This document shows, in pieces, positions 1 through 10,318 of a stretch of DNA of 64,000 nt; position 1 is the first letter of the stretch, and each line of letters starts with the position of its first letter. The translations under genes and the position numbers were made by a program. Source of the stretch: an uncultured Acidobacteriota bacterium. Lineage in GTDB: Bacteria; Acidobacteriota; Terriglobia; UBA7540. The DNA is taken from NCBI GenBank assembly GCA_963804995.1, contig CAWDSK010000006.1, forward strand, positions 2,016,001 to 2,080,000. The letters run 5' to 3'. The notes beneath the pieces were generated by a model. The model searched no databases. It saw only the letters and a program-made list of their open reading frames with translations, and was not told where the DNA came from.

Positions 1-156
1 AACTGGGATGTGCTGAGTAATGAATTGAACGGCGGAGCACTTTCCGTGAATGGCACCACCCGAGCCAATCGCACCAATAAGATTTACATGGGCTCGGGGG
101 TCTATTCCATTGGCGCGCCCCGGACTTTCGAGTTCGGACTGAAAGTAATGTTCTGA
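1..156 (+). CDS. 3' end of a TonB-dependent receptor-like outer-membrane protein (partial)
   Basis: Frame 1 is open from the window edge and ends ...GAPRTFEFGLKVMF*: an alternating hydrophobic last beta-strand with terminal Phe. Confidence 0.7.
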   Translation, partial: NWDVLSNELNGGALSVNGTTRANRTNKIYMGSGVYSIGAPRTFEFGLKVMF

Positions 157-180
157 CGCTTCTGGGCGTGTATTCCTTAC

Positions 181-216
181 GGGGGTGAGGTTAGAAGCCT
201 CACCCCCTTTTTCTTT
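181..216 (+). terminator. Rho-independent terminator
   Basis: GGGGGTGAGG...CCTCACCCCC stem followed by TTTTTCTTT, 25 nt after the stop codon. Confidence 0.85.
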
Positions 217-490
217 CTCCCCCGACCGCGCACGGGGGAAAGGTTGGTCAGTGAATTTCTTACTAAGGACGCGAGGTTCCAGCAACGGAATTCGGGATTG
301 GGGACTCGGACTGGGGGGTTCAGCGAGGCGTGCGGTTACGAAAAGCTGCGTGGCAATTTAGCCGGATTGGAAATGAATAACACCCGTTCTGAAATTCGCC
401 AAGATGTTTGACACCACACGCGGCAGAACGTAATATCCTTACCCTGCTGTTCAATCGGACGTTTGACATCATCAGAAAGGACTGATACCC

Positions 491-1756
491 GTGCCTGGAC
501 AACCTGTGAGTCTCAACGTAACGATCGTGGGCGGAGGAATGATCACCTATGACTTGCTCCTCCCCTCTTTGTACCACCTGCAAAGGACCGGAATCGTTAA
601 CAAGATTGATGTCTGCGCGTTGAATTCTCCTCCCCTGCAAGCGTTGCGGGACAATCCGGATATGCATGAGGCTTTTCCGGGGCAGACCTTCACGCCCCAT
701 CCGGACTTCTCCGAGCCCGCCGACAAGCTTTATCCCAACCTTTACAAAGATGTCGTCGCGGCCATGGCCCCCGGCAACATGGTGGTTGTCGCCATGCCTG
801 ACGTCCTTCACTTCGAAGTGGTCATGCACGCTTTGCAGCACGACCAGAATGTGCTGTGCGTGAAGCCGCTGGTTCTCAAATACGATCAGTCGGTGGAGGT
901 GGAAAAGCTGGCGCTCGAAAAGGGCCGCTTTGTGGGCATCGAGTACCACAAGCGCTTCGATCGCCGGTCGCTGGTGGTCCGCCGCGCCTACGAGCTTGGG
1001 CAGTTCGGCACGTTCATCATGGGCGAGGCCAAGATGATTGAACCGTACTTTTACCGCCACTCGAATTTCCAGAACTGGTTTACGGTCGATCGCACCGACC
1101 CCTTCACCTACGTCGGTTGCCACTATGTGGACCTGGTTTATTTCATGACCGGATTGAAGCCGGTGAAAGTTTCGGTGCAGGGGATCCGGGGAAAATTCCC
1201 CAACGGGAACGAGGCTTTCATGTGGTCGCACGGCCGCGTGACCTGGGAAAACGACGCGATCCTGTCCGTGGTAGACGGATTGGGCTACCCGGACGACGCC
1301 GCCGGCAGCAACGACCAAGGCCTGATTATGTATTTTGAGGGAAACAATCAGACCGGTATGGTTTACCATGATGACCACAATCGCGGGGCGGCCTACTCCT
1401 ACCTCAAAGGCATCGGACCGGGCGGCACCAAATACAATTACGTCAGCCCGGACTTCTACCGGTTGGTTCCCTGGGAAGGCCCCGGCTACAAACCCATTGG
1501 CTACGGGTTCGAATCTGTCGCGGGCATTACGAACACCATTCAACGCATGGGAAACGCCACCGCGGGCCTTGACCCGGCCGCGGCGCTCGCCAAGCGCCGG
1601 GAAATCATGCACGAAGTGGACGCCAAAGGCTTGCTCGCCACACCTGCCAACAGCTACATCAACGAGCTGGTGGTGGAGGCGACGCGCGCGTCCATCCTGC
1701 GGGATGCCGCGCCCGTCCGCATCGTCTACGGCGACCACCCGCATATTGAAATCTGA
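491..1756 (+). CDS. Gfo/Idh/MocA-family NAD(P)-dependent oxidoreductase
   Basis: N-terminal IVGGGMI Rossmann motif, VLCVKPL, EYHKRFD, GCHYVD. Confidence 0.8.
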   Translation: MPGQPVSLNVTIVGGGMITYDLLLPSLYHLQRTGIVNKIDVCALNSPPLQALRDNPDMHEAFPGQTFTPHPDFSEPADKLYPNLYKDVVAAMAPGNMVVVAMPDVLHFEVVMHALQHDQNVLCVKPLVLKYDQSVEVEKLALEKGRFVGIEYHKRFDRRSLVVRRAYELGQFGTFIMGEAKMIEPYFYRHSNFQNWFTVDRTDPFTYVGCHYVDLVYFMTGLKPVKVSVQGIRGKFPNGNEAFMWSHGRVTWENDAILSVVDGLGYPDDAAGSNDQGLIMYFEGNNQTGMVYHDDHNRGAAYSYLKGIGPGGTKYNYVSPDFYRLVPWEGPGYKPIGYGFESVAGITNTIQRMGNATAGLDPAAALAKRREIMHEVDAKGLLATPANSYINELVVEATRASILRDAAPVRIVYGDHPHIEI

Positions 1757-1776
1757 AAACAGGCAAAGGAGAAAAA

Positions 1777-3150
1777 ATGGCCTCTTACGATTTGACGCCC
1801 GTGGATGTCCCCAAAGTAGAAACGAAGTACCGGAGCATCAAGACCAAGCTGCCGGTGCCGGAATCCTTGCCCATTTTCGAGATGCTGAAGGAGTCGGAAC
1901 CGCGCTCGATGATGGGGCAGCCCCCCATTATCTGGGATAAGGCCGAGGGCAGCGTGGTCAGCGATCGCTGGGGCAACCGCTGGATTGACTGGTCGTGTGG
2001 GGTGCTCATTACCAATGCCGGGCATGGAAGGAAAGAAATCCGGGATGCCCTGCGCCACCTGATCGACCACGGGCTGCTGGCTTCTTATGTGTTCGTGCAT
2101 GAGGGACGCGCCCACCTGGCGGAGATGCTCCGCAAGCTTTCTCCTGACCCCACGAAGTACCGCGCCTTTGTTTTGAGCACGGGTAGCGAGGCCTGCGAGA
2201 ACTGCATCAAGCTGTCGAAGACGTACGCGGTGGAAAAGCATGGCCGTCACAAGAAGTATTTTGTGACGTTTCAAAATGCCTTCCACGGCCGCACCATGGG
2301 CTCCCAACTCGCCGGGGGAATGGATCGGCAAAAGGCCTGGATGGTGGATCGCGACCAGACTTTCGTGCAGGTGCCGTTTCCGGATGGGTACAAGAATGAG
2401 AACACGTCGTTCGATCTGTTCCTGAGCAGCCTGGCGGAAAAAGGCGTGAAGCCCCAGGATATCGCCGGCGTGATGACCGAAACTTATCAGGGAATCGGCC
2501 CGGATTTCGTGCCCGTCGAGTACGCGCAGAAGCTCCAGGCGCTCTGCCGCGAGCACGACATCGTGATGTGTTACGACGAAGTGCAAGCGGGCTTTGGCCG
2601 CACCGGCAAGATGTTTGGGTTCCAACATTACGGTGTGAAACCAGACCTGATCGCCTGCGGAAAAGGCATCTCATCGTCTCTGCCTATTTCCGCCGTGATT
2701 GGGCGCTCCGACATCATGGATCTCTATGCGCCCGGATCGATGACCTCAACGCACTCGGGATCGCCTCTGCCCGTGGCCGCCGCCGTTGCTAACCTCGAGA
2801 TCATCATCAACGAACACCTCGATGAGCGCGCCGCGCGCATGGGTGAAATCCTTGTCCCCGAGGTCCACCGCATTCAGCAGAAGTATCCCAAGGTTCTGGG
2901 GTGCGCGCAGGGCAAGGGATTGGTGGCAGGCATCCAGGTGGTGAAACCGGGAACCAAGACTCCTGACCCTGACATGGCGCTGCGCATCAACGTGGCTTGC
3001 TTCCAGAAGGGATTGCTCATGTTTGCGCCCGTCGGCATTGCGGGCGAATGCCTGAAGATTTCCCCGCCCCTGACGATTCCTGAAGACGCCCTGCGCGAGT
3101 CGTTGCAGGTTCTGGAAGAGGCCGTGGACGAAGTCTTGGGAGGCAAGTAG
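1777..3150 (+). CDS. Class III PLP-dependent aminotransferase
   Basis: STGSEACE, AFHGRT, DEVQAGFGRTG, ACGKGI (PLP lysine), TSTHSG; AGGAG RBS upstream. Confidence 0.9.
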   Translation: MASYDLTPVDVPKVETKYRSIKTKLPVPESLPIFEMLKESEPRSMMGQPPIIWDKAEGSVVSDRWGNRWIDWSCGVLITNAGHGRKEIRDALRHLIDHGLLASYVFVHEGRAHLAEMLRKLSPDPTKYRAFVLSTGSEACENCIKLSKTYAVEKHGRHKKYFVTFQNAFHGRTMGSQLAGGMDRQKAWMVDRDQTFVQVPFPDGYKNENTSFDLFLSSLAEKGVKPQDIAGVMTETYQGIGPDFVPVEYAQKLQALCREHDIVMCYDEVQAGFGRTGKMFGFQHYGVKPDLIACGKGISSSLPISAVIGRSDIMDLYAPGSMTSTHSGSPLPVAAAVANLEIIINEHLDERAARMGEILVPEVHRIQQKYPKVLGCAQGKGLVAGIQVVKPGTKTPDPDMALRINVACFQKGLLMFAPVGIAGECLKISPPLTIPEDALRESLQVLEEAVDEVLGGK

Positions 3151-3193
3151 CACGACGAATTCGCATGCGAAAAGTCATGGGAAAATAACGCAT

Positions 3194-3278
3194 GAAGATA
3201 GGGGATTAAGTGGGACCTCGCTCGCTATACCCCGCGGAGAGCGACAAGTGGGACATGTCCCACATGGACGAAAAGTAG
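3194..3278. repeat. Diverged ~85-bp repeat, copy 1 (copy 2 at 41603-41687)
   Basis: Shared blocks GTGGGAC.TCGC.CGCTAT.CC..GCGGAGAGC and TGGGACA.GTCCCA. Confidence 0.7.
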
Positions 3279-3426
3279 CAGGCTTGGAAGAGTAAAGCGC
3301 CGCAGAGTCTTGTATTTTTTGAGGCTTTGCGGCTATTTTTGGGATAGTCGCGACCGCCGGCCATCGCTTGTGTCCTTCGAGGCAGTCGACTTCAGGAATG
3401 CGAGTCTGGGCGAGGACTTACCTTAC

Positions 3427-5800
3427 TCATTCCTGGATTCCCGCTCCCCAAACCTTTAACCCAGTGAGGGTGTCGAATCCACTCTCGACCCCCAGCTCCT
3501 CGATCTTCTCGAGTTCGGCCAGGGGAGGCGAGGATCGCACAGGTCCAGGGTGCGAAGCCGCTCGACCAACCCCGGCGCCACGGCCGAGGGATGGTGATAC
3601 AAGCCCTCCAGGGCGGCGCGGCGAAGCGCCAGGGGCTGGCCCGTATCGGCAATGATTTTCGCGAGCGCCTCAGCCGCCTGATCCGTGGGGACTGCAGCGA
3701 GGGCGATGACTGCTTTTTCCAGCACGCCCGCCTTGAAATTCCCTTTCCCCATGACCATTGACTCCAGGTGTTCAACTGCCGCCGGATCTTTCGAAATCGT
3801 CAGTTCGTTCGAGCACCATCTCGAGCAGGCCGGCGTGCAAGTGGGGCAAGGCTTCCGCCAGGACGCTTCCACGCCCGGCGGTGTGGCTCTGCAGAATGGT
3901 GGTGACGGCGGCCCGCTGCACTCTGAGGTCCGGATGACGCAGGGCGACGCGCAACTGGGCGGGCAGATCCTGGTCACCTAAATCCCCCAGAATCGACGCG
4001 GCATTGCGTACCACGTACCAACGCTCATCCGCCAGCCGCTTGCTGGTGGCCTCGATGGCAGGCGCACCCAGACCGCGGATCAGCCGAATCAGCGGCAAGC
4101 GGTTCGAAGCCGCCGACTCCTCGTCCAGACGGCGGAAGGCGATTTCCGCACCCGGAGCCCCGGCCATCAGCAACAAGGAGGTTACGCGTCGTACCCAGGC
4201 GGCCTCACTTCGCTTCTCGAGGAACAACTCGATGAGCTGCTCCAGAGCCTCTGCGGTCAGCAGCCCGGATAGGGCCTGGCCACAGCAGTCGCGGTGCCGC
4301 CCCGGGTCTCTCGCGAGCGACCGTTTCAGGTCCACGCCCAGCTTTTGCACAAACTCGAAATCCTCAAAGCGTCCGGCATTCTGCGCGAGGGTGGCGAGGC
4401 AGTTGGCGGCCTCGACGTGGCAGGGCCCATGCTGGCTGGCCTCCTCCAGAAGTTCCCGGACCAGCGGCTCTGCCAGGGTGTGCATCAGTGGCAACGTTTG
4501 CGCGGTGGAAAGAATGTGCAGGAGCTCCGGAGCCCTTTTGAGTTCTTCAGCGCGCGTCACCGGGGGGAGTTTCTTCGAGAACCTTGAAATAGTGCTGGGC
4601 AACCGCACTCGCCTCATCAGTCCGGCCCTCGTTCATCGCCTCTTTAAGATATTGGAGCAGCCGCGCAAAATCCTCTGGCGTGTAGCGCTCCAGGCGGAGG
4701 AATTGGACGTGCTTCTGCCCGGCCGCCAGCGTAAACCACATCACTTCGCGCCGGATGCGCTCAAAGACTTCTTTGGGCAGGTTCGCCTGCTCCACAAACT
4801 GCGCCAGCTTTTGCAGCAGACGTTCAGCTACGTGAGTAGCCTTTAGGCCACGCAACAAAGCCTGCAACACATTTTGGTCCCAATCCCCTGAACCCTGGCT
4901 GGGAGCGGAAACGGCCAGGCGCTCGGCCGCCCATCCCGCCATGGCGTCTTCCATCAAATGCGCCGCCATGACCCCCGGAGGGTGGCCGCGCAGGTCCTCT
5001 TGTTTTTCCGGGGGCACGCCGGCGAGCAGATCGTCAGGCTTCAGGCCCGCCAACATCTGGGTCATGGCGACTAACAATTCGGAAAGGTTTCCCCCGGGAT
5101 TTTCCAGGGTCGTGCGAGTGGCCCGGTCCGCCACTTCCAGTAATTCGCGGGGATCATCGGCAAATTCTGCCGAGTATTTTTTGCCGCCCGCCTGCAGTAG
5201 CATATCCAGCGCCACGGTACTCAGGCGATGTTCCGGTTCGAGGATGGCCTGCGCCGTCAGGTAAGATTCCATGTCCATCCCCACGTCGACCGCGTCACCG
5301 TCTTCTTCTTTGGGCTTGGCCGCAGGCGTGATGCGAACGCCTACAACTGGGGTCGCAGCCAGGAAACTCTTGATACCTCCCCGCTCCGCAATCACGGCCG
5401 GCCGGGTGGTGAGCAGGTCAAGCGCGGATTTGAAATCCTTAAGTGTCACGCCAGCCTGAAAGCAGACAGTACCGATTTCTCTTTTGGAGAACTGTGCGTT
5501 GAGATACGTCAGGTTGGGCGCCGCCACCAGACGGCTGTTCAGCAGCATGCGGTGATGCATGAAACCAAAAGTGAATTGCGGGCCTGACTTCAGCAAGGGC
5601 GCGAGGAGCTCCCAACTCTGCTGCATGGAGCGCGCCACGGCAGGATGGTCCGCTGAATACATGGCGCTTACCTTGAAGGTCGCTTGTAAGGCTTGCCCGA
5701 AGGCCAATCCTTGAATCTTAAGCTGGCTCTTATCATTCGAGGGGTCGGGCGGAGCATGAGGTTTGAGTGGCAAGGAGTATCCAAACCGGCCCTCGGGCCG
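3427..5800 (-). pseudogene. HEAT-repeat protein split by at least 2 frameshifts (true pseudogene or sequencing error)
   Basis: Consecutive overlapping ORFs 4547-5839, 3772-4617 and 3456-3977 form one protein with HEAT motifs (RLADERWYVVRNAASILGDLG, LRHPDLRVQRAAV). Both ends are approximate. Confidence 0.7.
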
Positions 5801-6003
5801 CAGAACGATTCTCGGAGCCGTTGACGGGCACGATCTCAACGCGTGGCCAGGAGCAACCTCGCGGGGCGCCTACCACAGGGGGAAGCACGTGCGTGGCCAA
5901 AAAGCGTGGCGCGCAGACTGACCACTTTGCCCACCAGTCGGGAAGATTCTGGCACGCTTCGCGAGGCGTCTGCGGTCCTGCGGCATGTCCAAAACAACGT
6001 CGC

Positions 6004-6035
6004 TCCGATCAGGGCATAAGCGTTAGGGAGAGTTG
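6004..6035. repeat. 32-bp direct repeat, left boundary of the defence islet
   Basis: TCCGATCAGGGCATAAGCGTTAGGGAGAGTTG matches 11564-11595 at 28/32. Confidence 0.75.
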
Positions 6036-6070
6036 GTAGCGCGGACCTGTCTGCCAGGTCCGTGGTATTT
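6036..6070 (+). repeat. GTAG-type REP hairpin
   Basis: GTAG-CGCGGACCTG-TCTGC-CAGGTCCGTG; same architecture as the REP interrupted by the intron. Confidence 0.6.
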
Positions 6071-6201
6071 TGCTGTCATTTGGGGACGAGCTACAAAACA
6101 GGTCCTCCCCACTCGCTGCGAGACCCGCGAAATGGAACCCTCGCGGCGATTCGCTTTGGTAAAATGTGAACTCTTGTAAGTCTCTTCAAATTAGGTCCGA
6201 T

Positions 6202-7086
6202 ATGAAGAAACTGTTTACCGAGCGCCACGGCATGAACGAGCCACGGGTCAAGGAGGAACTTGACGCGGGTCTGACTCAAGGACTTCTGACCGTCATTAAT
6301 GCCAAGATCGATCAGAATCTTTTTGGTGGACCGTTTTCGGAAGAGTGTCCGGACGGCGGCGGCAGGAGCATAGGGTGTGATTTCGAAAAGCTCAGAGCCG
6401 GGCTCGCTGCCTACAAAATTGTCTGGCCGCGCGGCTGGCCTAACCAAAATGATGAATGGCCGAGCGATCCTGAACTATTCGACTTGGTTGAATTTCTCTA
6501 TGAACACTCTGGCCTGCCCACGGCGTATTCGTACCATCAATTTTTCGGGCACAGCCATCTCAGCTATGACCAAGCAGCAGGAAGAGCTAATTTTGAGCAG
6601 GAAATTAATCGATTTTTCGAGCGGAATGGCCTGGCTTTCGAGCTCAAGAACGGCGAAGTTACGCGGATGGCACCTAGCGGTCTTCAAGAAGCTTTGGCGA
6701 GCACAGTGTTCGGAACCGGCGATGCACACCTTGACCGCTTGCTTGAAACAGCCCGCGAGAAATACCTGAACCGTTCATTGGACATTCGGAAGGAGGGGCT
6801 CGAGAAGCTTTGGGACGCGTGGGAGCGCATAAAGACAATCGAGAAAGGCAAAGACAAGGCCGCTCAGGTCAAGGCTATCCTCGATCGGAGTGCCACTGAA
6901 CCCGTTCTGCGCGAGCGTTTGGAAATCGAAGCGCGTGAGTTAAACTTTATCGGCAATAACCTGATGATCCGGCATACCGAAGTCGGCAAACCTCCGATAG
7001 GCGAATCTGCTCAGGTTGACTACCTTTTTCACCGTATGTTTGCCATGATTCGGTTGCTCTTGAAGTCTACTCATCGTGGTGGCTAG
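6202..7086 (+). CDS. AbiJ-like protein (N-terminal AbiJ-type domain plus putative HEPN-like C-terminus), candidate defence gene
   Basis: Starts LFTERHG; C-terminal LEKLWDAWERIKT and GNNLMIRH resemble AbiJ/HEPN proteins; GC lower than flanks. Confidence 0.5.
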   Translation: MKKLFTERHGMNEPRVKEELDAGLTQGLLTVINAKIDQNLFGGPFSEECPDGGGRSIGCDFEKLRAGLAAYKIVWPRGWPNQNDEWPSDPELFDLVEFLYEHSGLPTAYSYHQFFGHSHLSYDQAAGRANFEQEINRFFERNGLAFELKNGEVTRMAPSGLQEALASTVFGTGDAHLDRLLETAREKYLNRSLDIRKEGLEKLWDAWERIKTIEKGKDKAAQVKAILDRSATEPVLRERLEIEARELNFIGNNLMIRHTEVGKPPIGESAQVDYLFHRMFAMIRLLLKSTHRGG

Positions 7087-7117
7087 CAGGTGCCTATTGA
7101 TGCGAAACAGTGAAAAG

Positions 7118-9859
7118 CTAATCACCTTCAACCCATGACGGTGGAGAGATTATTGTCGCGATTCCCGCAGTCACAGCGGCACGAAGACTACTGTCTGCGG
7201 GTAGTTTGTCCTCCCCGAGCTTAACGTCGTCCAGTACGTCGCCATTACCAGCACTGACTGGGGTGCCGTCATCCTTTGTACCACCCCATCTAGCGTTCTG
7301 CGCCAATGTGAACTTCAGTTTTGGAAGCCTCGCCGAGGCCAGTAGTCGAGTAAACCTAGCGATAGAGGATTCCTGTTCGGGCGACGAATAATCAAGTGGC
7401 CCATGCTTTTTCAATAAATCCTCCAATTCCCGCAACGGGAAAAGCTCCGAAAGAGCCTCAAAAGTACCGACACTGGCGCTCTGTTCCATCGGAAATAGAT
7501 AATTGAGAAAGGTTCCGAGACTCAGTGGCCGTTTCCCAAATTCGTCCCTTAGATACGATCTCATCTCTTCCTTCCCACCTAGGCGAACCCAAAGCTGGAG
7601 TGAGCGTACCGCACCCTTTTGATTCGTTGAGTCGAAAATCGAAGCCGTTCCCCCTGCGAAGTACTTTTTCTCAAGCCGCGAGCGGCATGCACTTTTTAGC
7701 AGGTCTAGTTTGACATTCTCCCATTCGGTAAGGATTTGATTTTTGTTCCTATCCTCGCACGCCGAGAGAATGAGAGCCGCAAAATAGTCTGCTGAGGAAA
7801 CGCGAATCGAACATTCAAGAAAATCCTGCACCTTGCTGCTTCGCGCGAATCTAGTTGCCACGGTAAATATAATGCGTCCTGCAACTTCAGCCTCGGCCAA
7901 ACCAAGAATCGGCGGCTCGAGCTGGTCGGATAGCTCCGCCATTGCCAATCCCAAGGCCTCGGCCTGGAGAGGATGGAATTGCTCCATTTTCGCGGGGATG
8001 AGGTCTAGGAAATTCCACCTCCTCCGGGAGTCCATTGGCAGATTTCGGAACTCGCTGATTATTCGATCCTTGCAAGGGTCAAGCTGATCGATCCTATTAA
8101 GCGCATAAGCAAACTCTTTGAATTCGGCCTCTCCATACTGGCCAGATTGGACGCCGAAGATAAAGTACCGTGCGAAAAACGCCGGGTGGTATATCCTCCT
8201 ACTAACCTTACCCTCTGTTGACTCTGCCACTCCTCCCAAGGCATCTCCGCGGTACGCCTGTACAACCGGAAACAATTCACATAGTAGGGTGGTAATCAGC
8301 TCTCTTTTTCGCACATCCAAAGGTTGGAGCAAATCATCGAGGAATTGCTTGCGCATGGCGTTGGCTTCGTTCTGGTCGGGGTGCAAAGTCTCGATCCAAG
8401 TTTCGGTACGCCAGCTACCATAATAGAAATAGCGCCGATGGGTGTATATAGCTTCGTAGATCTCCGGGGCTGAGTCCCGGATGATTTCCAAAAGGATGAA
8501 ATCTATCAAGTTTATCTCATCAGCGATGGGGCCTATGCTTGCGGTGAGCCGGTTGAAAAAAAGTTTGATTCGGCGGAGATTGGTAAAACGGTGATTGAGG
8601 TGCACCTGCCAGAGCTGCCCAAATTTCTCGTTAAATCGGTTCTGCTCCTCCTTGGAAGGCAGTAAGTTGTATTTCTTGCAAAGTGCTTCGAAACTCCTGT
8701 CAAACATTTTCCCGAGGAGATTCACGTCAATTTTGGGTAGTGGTGTCTGCACCGGGAAGAATTTTTCAAGATAGCGCCTCCCCTCATCCATATCACCAAA
8801 TTGCCGGGCAACCAATCGCACCAACGCTTCTTTCTCGAACGCACACATGTATGTGAGGTTCGAAAACTCGGTCGCGCCCCGCATCAACTTCAATAAGACT
8901 TCCAGTTCTTCCGCTTCCATTCGGTCCATGTCATCGACCACCACCACTACCCGCGCAGTCAATTCTTCTAGGGACTCTTTTAATTGTCGAATTTGATCTT
9001 CCTGCGATGGGTCATGAAATAGCTCTTTTAGTGCATCGCCATACTTCGGCACAACCCCCACGAGCGATCTGGCGTAAAGGGCTAGTCGCCCCGCAGGAGA
9101 TGCATGGGCGAATCGCTTCTGGACTTCTTTGGCAATGCTGTTAAACAACGTGCCTACAAGGATTTCCTTGCTTGTAGCTAGCGAGGATACGAACGGTACA
9201 ACAACAAAGTCATCATGCTCTTGCTTGAGGGCCTTTTTCAGCAGATTAAGGACCGAAGTCTTCCCATCACCGTAAGGGCCCACCAGCGCAACCACCGACG
9301 AGCAACCGCTTGCCAGTTCTTTAACTAATCTTGAGGTCAAACCCTGACAACCCAAAATATCTTCCTCCCAAGTCTCGATCGGGAGATCGCGGTCGAATTC
9401 GATTTGCACATTGGGTAGTTTCAGTTTGCTTACCCAGATCAGAAGGGCGAAAGATAAGCACAGCGAAGCCAGGAGGGGGAGGAATGCGCAGCGATAATAG
9501 CTGTTACTGAATAATTCGACCGTCCAGAGCGAAAGAGGCAGCCATAACCAAAATAACCCGCCCGAAGGCCTAACCTGCAACGAGTTTCGGACTTTTCCGC
9601 AAAATGTCGTAAGCGTCTTGCCGAATAAGAAGAGTCCGGAAATCGCGATTACTGCCAGGAACAACCATGTATCTTGTGGCCATTGGACGAACTCGTGGTA
9701 CAGCTCCGCGAGCCGATTAAGCTGGGGACGAGCTAAGTTGTAAACTGTCGGAAACGCTAGGCCGACAGCACTCCCCGCAAGTACCCCACGCAGTATAGCG
9801 AAATAGTGAGCAGCTCCTGACTTATGGATGGCAGATATGTTAAGGTCAAAGAAGGGCAT
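7118..9859 (-). CDS. KAP-family P-loop NTPase with N-terminal transmembrane helices
   Basis: Walker A GPYGDGKTS, Walker B VVVVDDMDR, YLEKFF, TNLRRIKLFFN; about 4 hydrophobic segments at the N-terminus; low GC. Start uncertain (ORF extends to 9919). Confidence 0.85.
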   Translation of the reverse strand: MPFFDLNISAIHKSGAAHYFAILRGVLAGSAVGLAFPTVYNLARPQLNRLAELYHEFVQWPQDTWLFLAVIAISGLFLFGKTLTTFCGKVRNSLQVRPSGGLFWLWLPLSLWTVELFSNSYYRCAFLPLLASLCLSFALLIWVSKLKLPNVQIEFDRDLPIETWEEDILGCQGLTSRLVKELASGCSSVVALVGPYGDGKTSVLNLLKKALKQEHDDFVVVPFVSSLATSKEILVGTLFNSIAKEVQKRFAHASPAGRLALYARSLVGVVPKYGDALKELFHDPSQEDQIRQLKESLEELTARVVVVVDDMDRMEAEELEVLLKLMRGATEFSNLTYMCAFEKEALVRLVARQFGDMDEGRRYLEKFFPVQTPLPKIDVNLLGKMFDRSFEALCKKYNLLPSKEEQNRFNEKFGQLWQVHLNHRFTNLRRIKLFFNRLTASIGPIADEINLIDFILLEIIRDSAPEIYEAIYTHRRYFYYGSWRTETWIETLHPDQNEANAMRKQFLDDLLQPLDVRKRELITTLLCELFPVVQAYRGDALGGVAESTEGKVSRRIYHPAFFARYFIFGVQSGQYGEAEFKEFAYALNRIDQLDPCKDRIISEFRNLPMDSRRRWNFLDLIPAKMEQFHPLQAEALGLAMAELSDQLEPPILGLAEAEVAGRIIFTVATRFARSSKVQDFLECSIRVSSADYFAALILSACEDRNKNQILTEWENVKLDLLKSACRSRLEKKYFAGGTASIFDSTNQKGAVRSLQLWVRLGGKEEMRSYLRDEFGKRPLSLGTFLNYLFPMEQSASVGTFEALSELFPLRELEDLLKKHGPLDYSSPEQESSIARFTRLLASARLPKLKFTLAQNARWGGTKDDGTPVSAGNGDVLDDVKLGEDKLPADSSLRAAVTAGIATIISPPSWVEGD

Positions 9860-10136
9860 CGTCGTGTGCAAGTGATTTAAGTCAGTTACTACGCCGAAAT
9901 GAGGCGAGCCGAGGATCACTCGCGATTCGGGCGTGATTCGCTTAAACTGTTAATAATGTCAATCTTGCCAGCACGCGAGCGTCCCTCCCTCTATACGCCT
10001 GTTAAACTGATATAGCAAGCATGCTGTGGTGTTGCGCCGTCGGAGTCGCAATGAGCCACATTGATGTATAGCGGTCTACCCGTACAGGCGCTGCGCGACC
10101 GCGAATAATCCGAACCTGTCCTTGGCCATTACCGGT

Positions 10137-10233
10137 GATAAACGCCGTAGGGTACCCTGTATCGTTGCCTATTCGGAAACTCCGCTTCAATCCGCCGGCG
10201 CCGGCTCAACGTTGACTGGGGCTTAGGTTAACG
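10137..10233. repeat. 97-bp structured direct repeat, copy B
   Basis: 89/97 identical to 11461-11557, no indels. Confidence 0.95.
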
Positions 10234-10318
10234 CCTATACCCCTCGTGGGTGCCCTCAAGTCGGCGCTGCCGAGGGGGGGCAGGGAGCAGACGGCTTTCG
10301 GCGTCTGCGCTTTGTCCC

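Noticed and set aside
320..1744. 474-aa minus-strand ORF and similar long antisense ORFs (13076-14149, 21305-22453, 53861-54958, 62553-63587)
   Set aside because: Shadows of well-supported genes in high-GC DNA, with no recognisable motifs.
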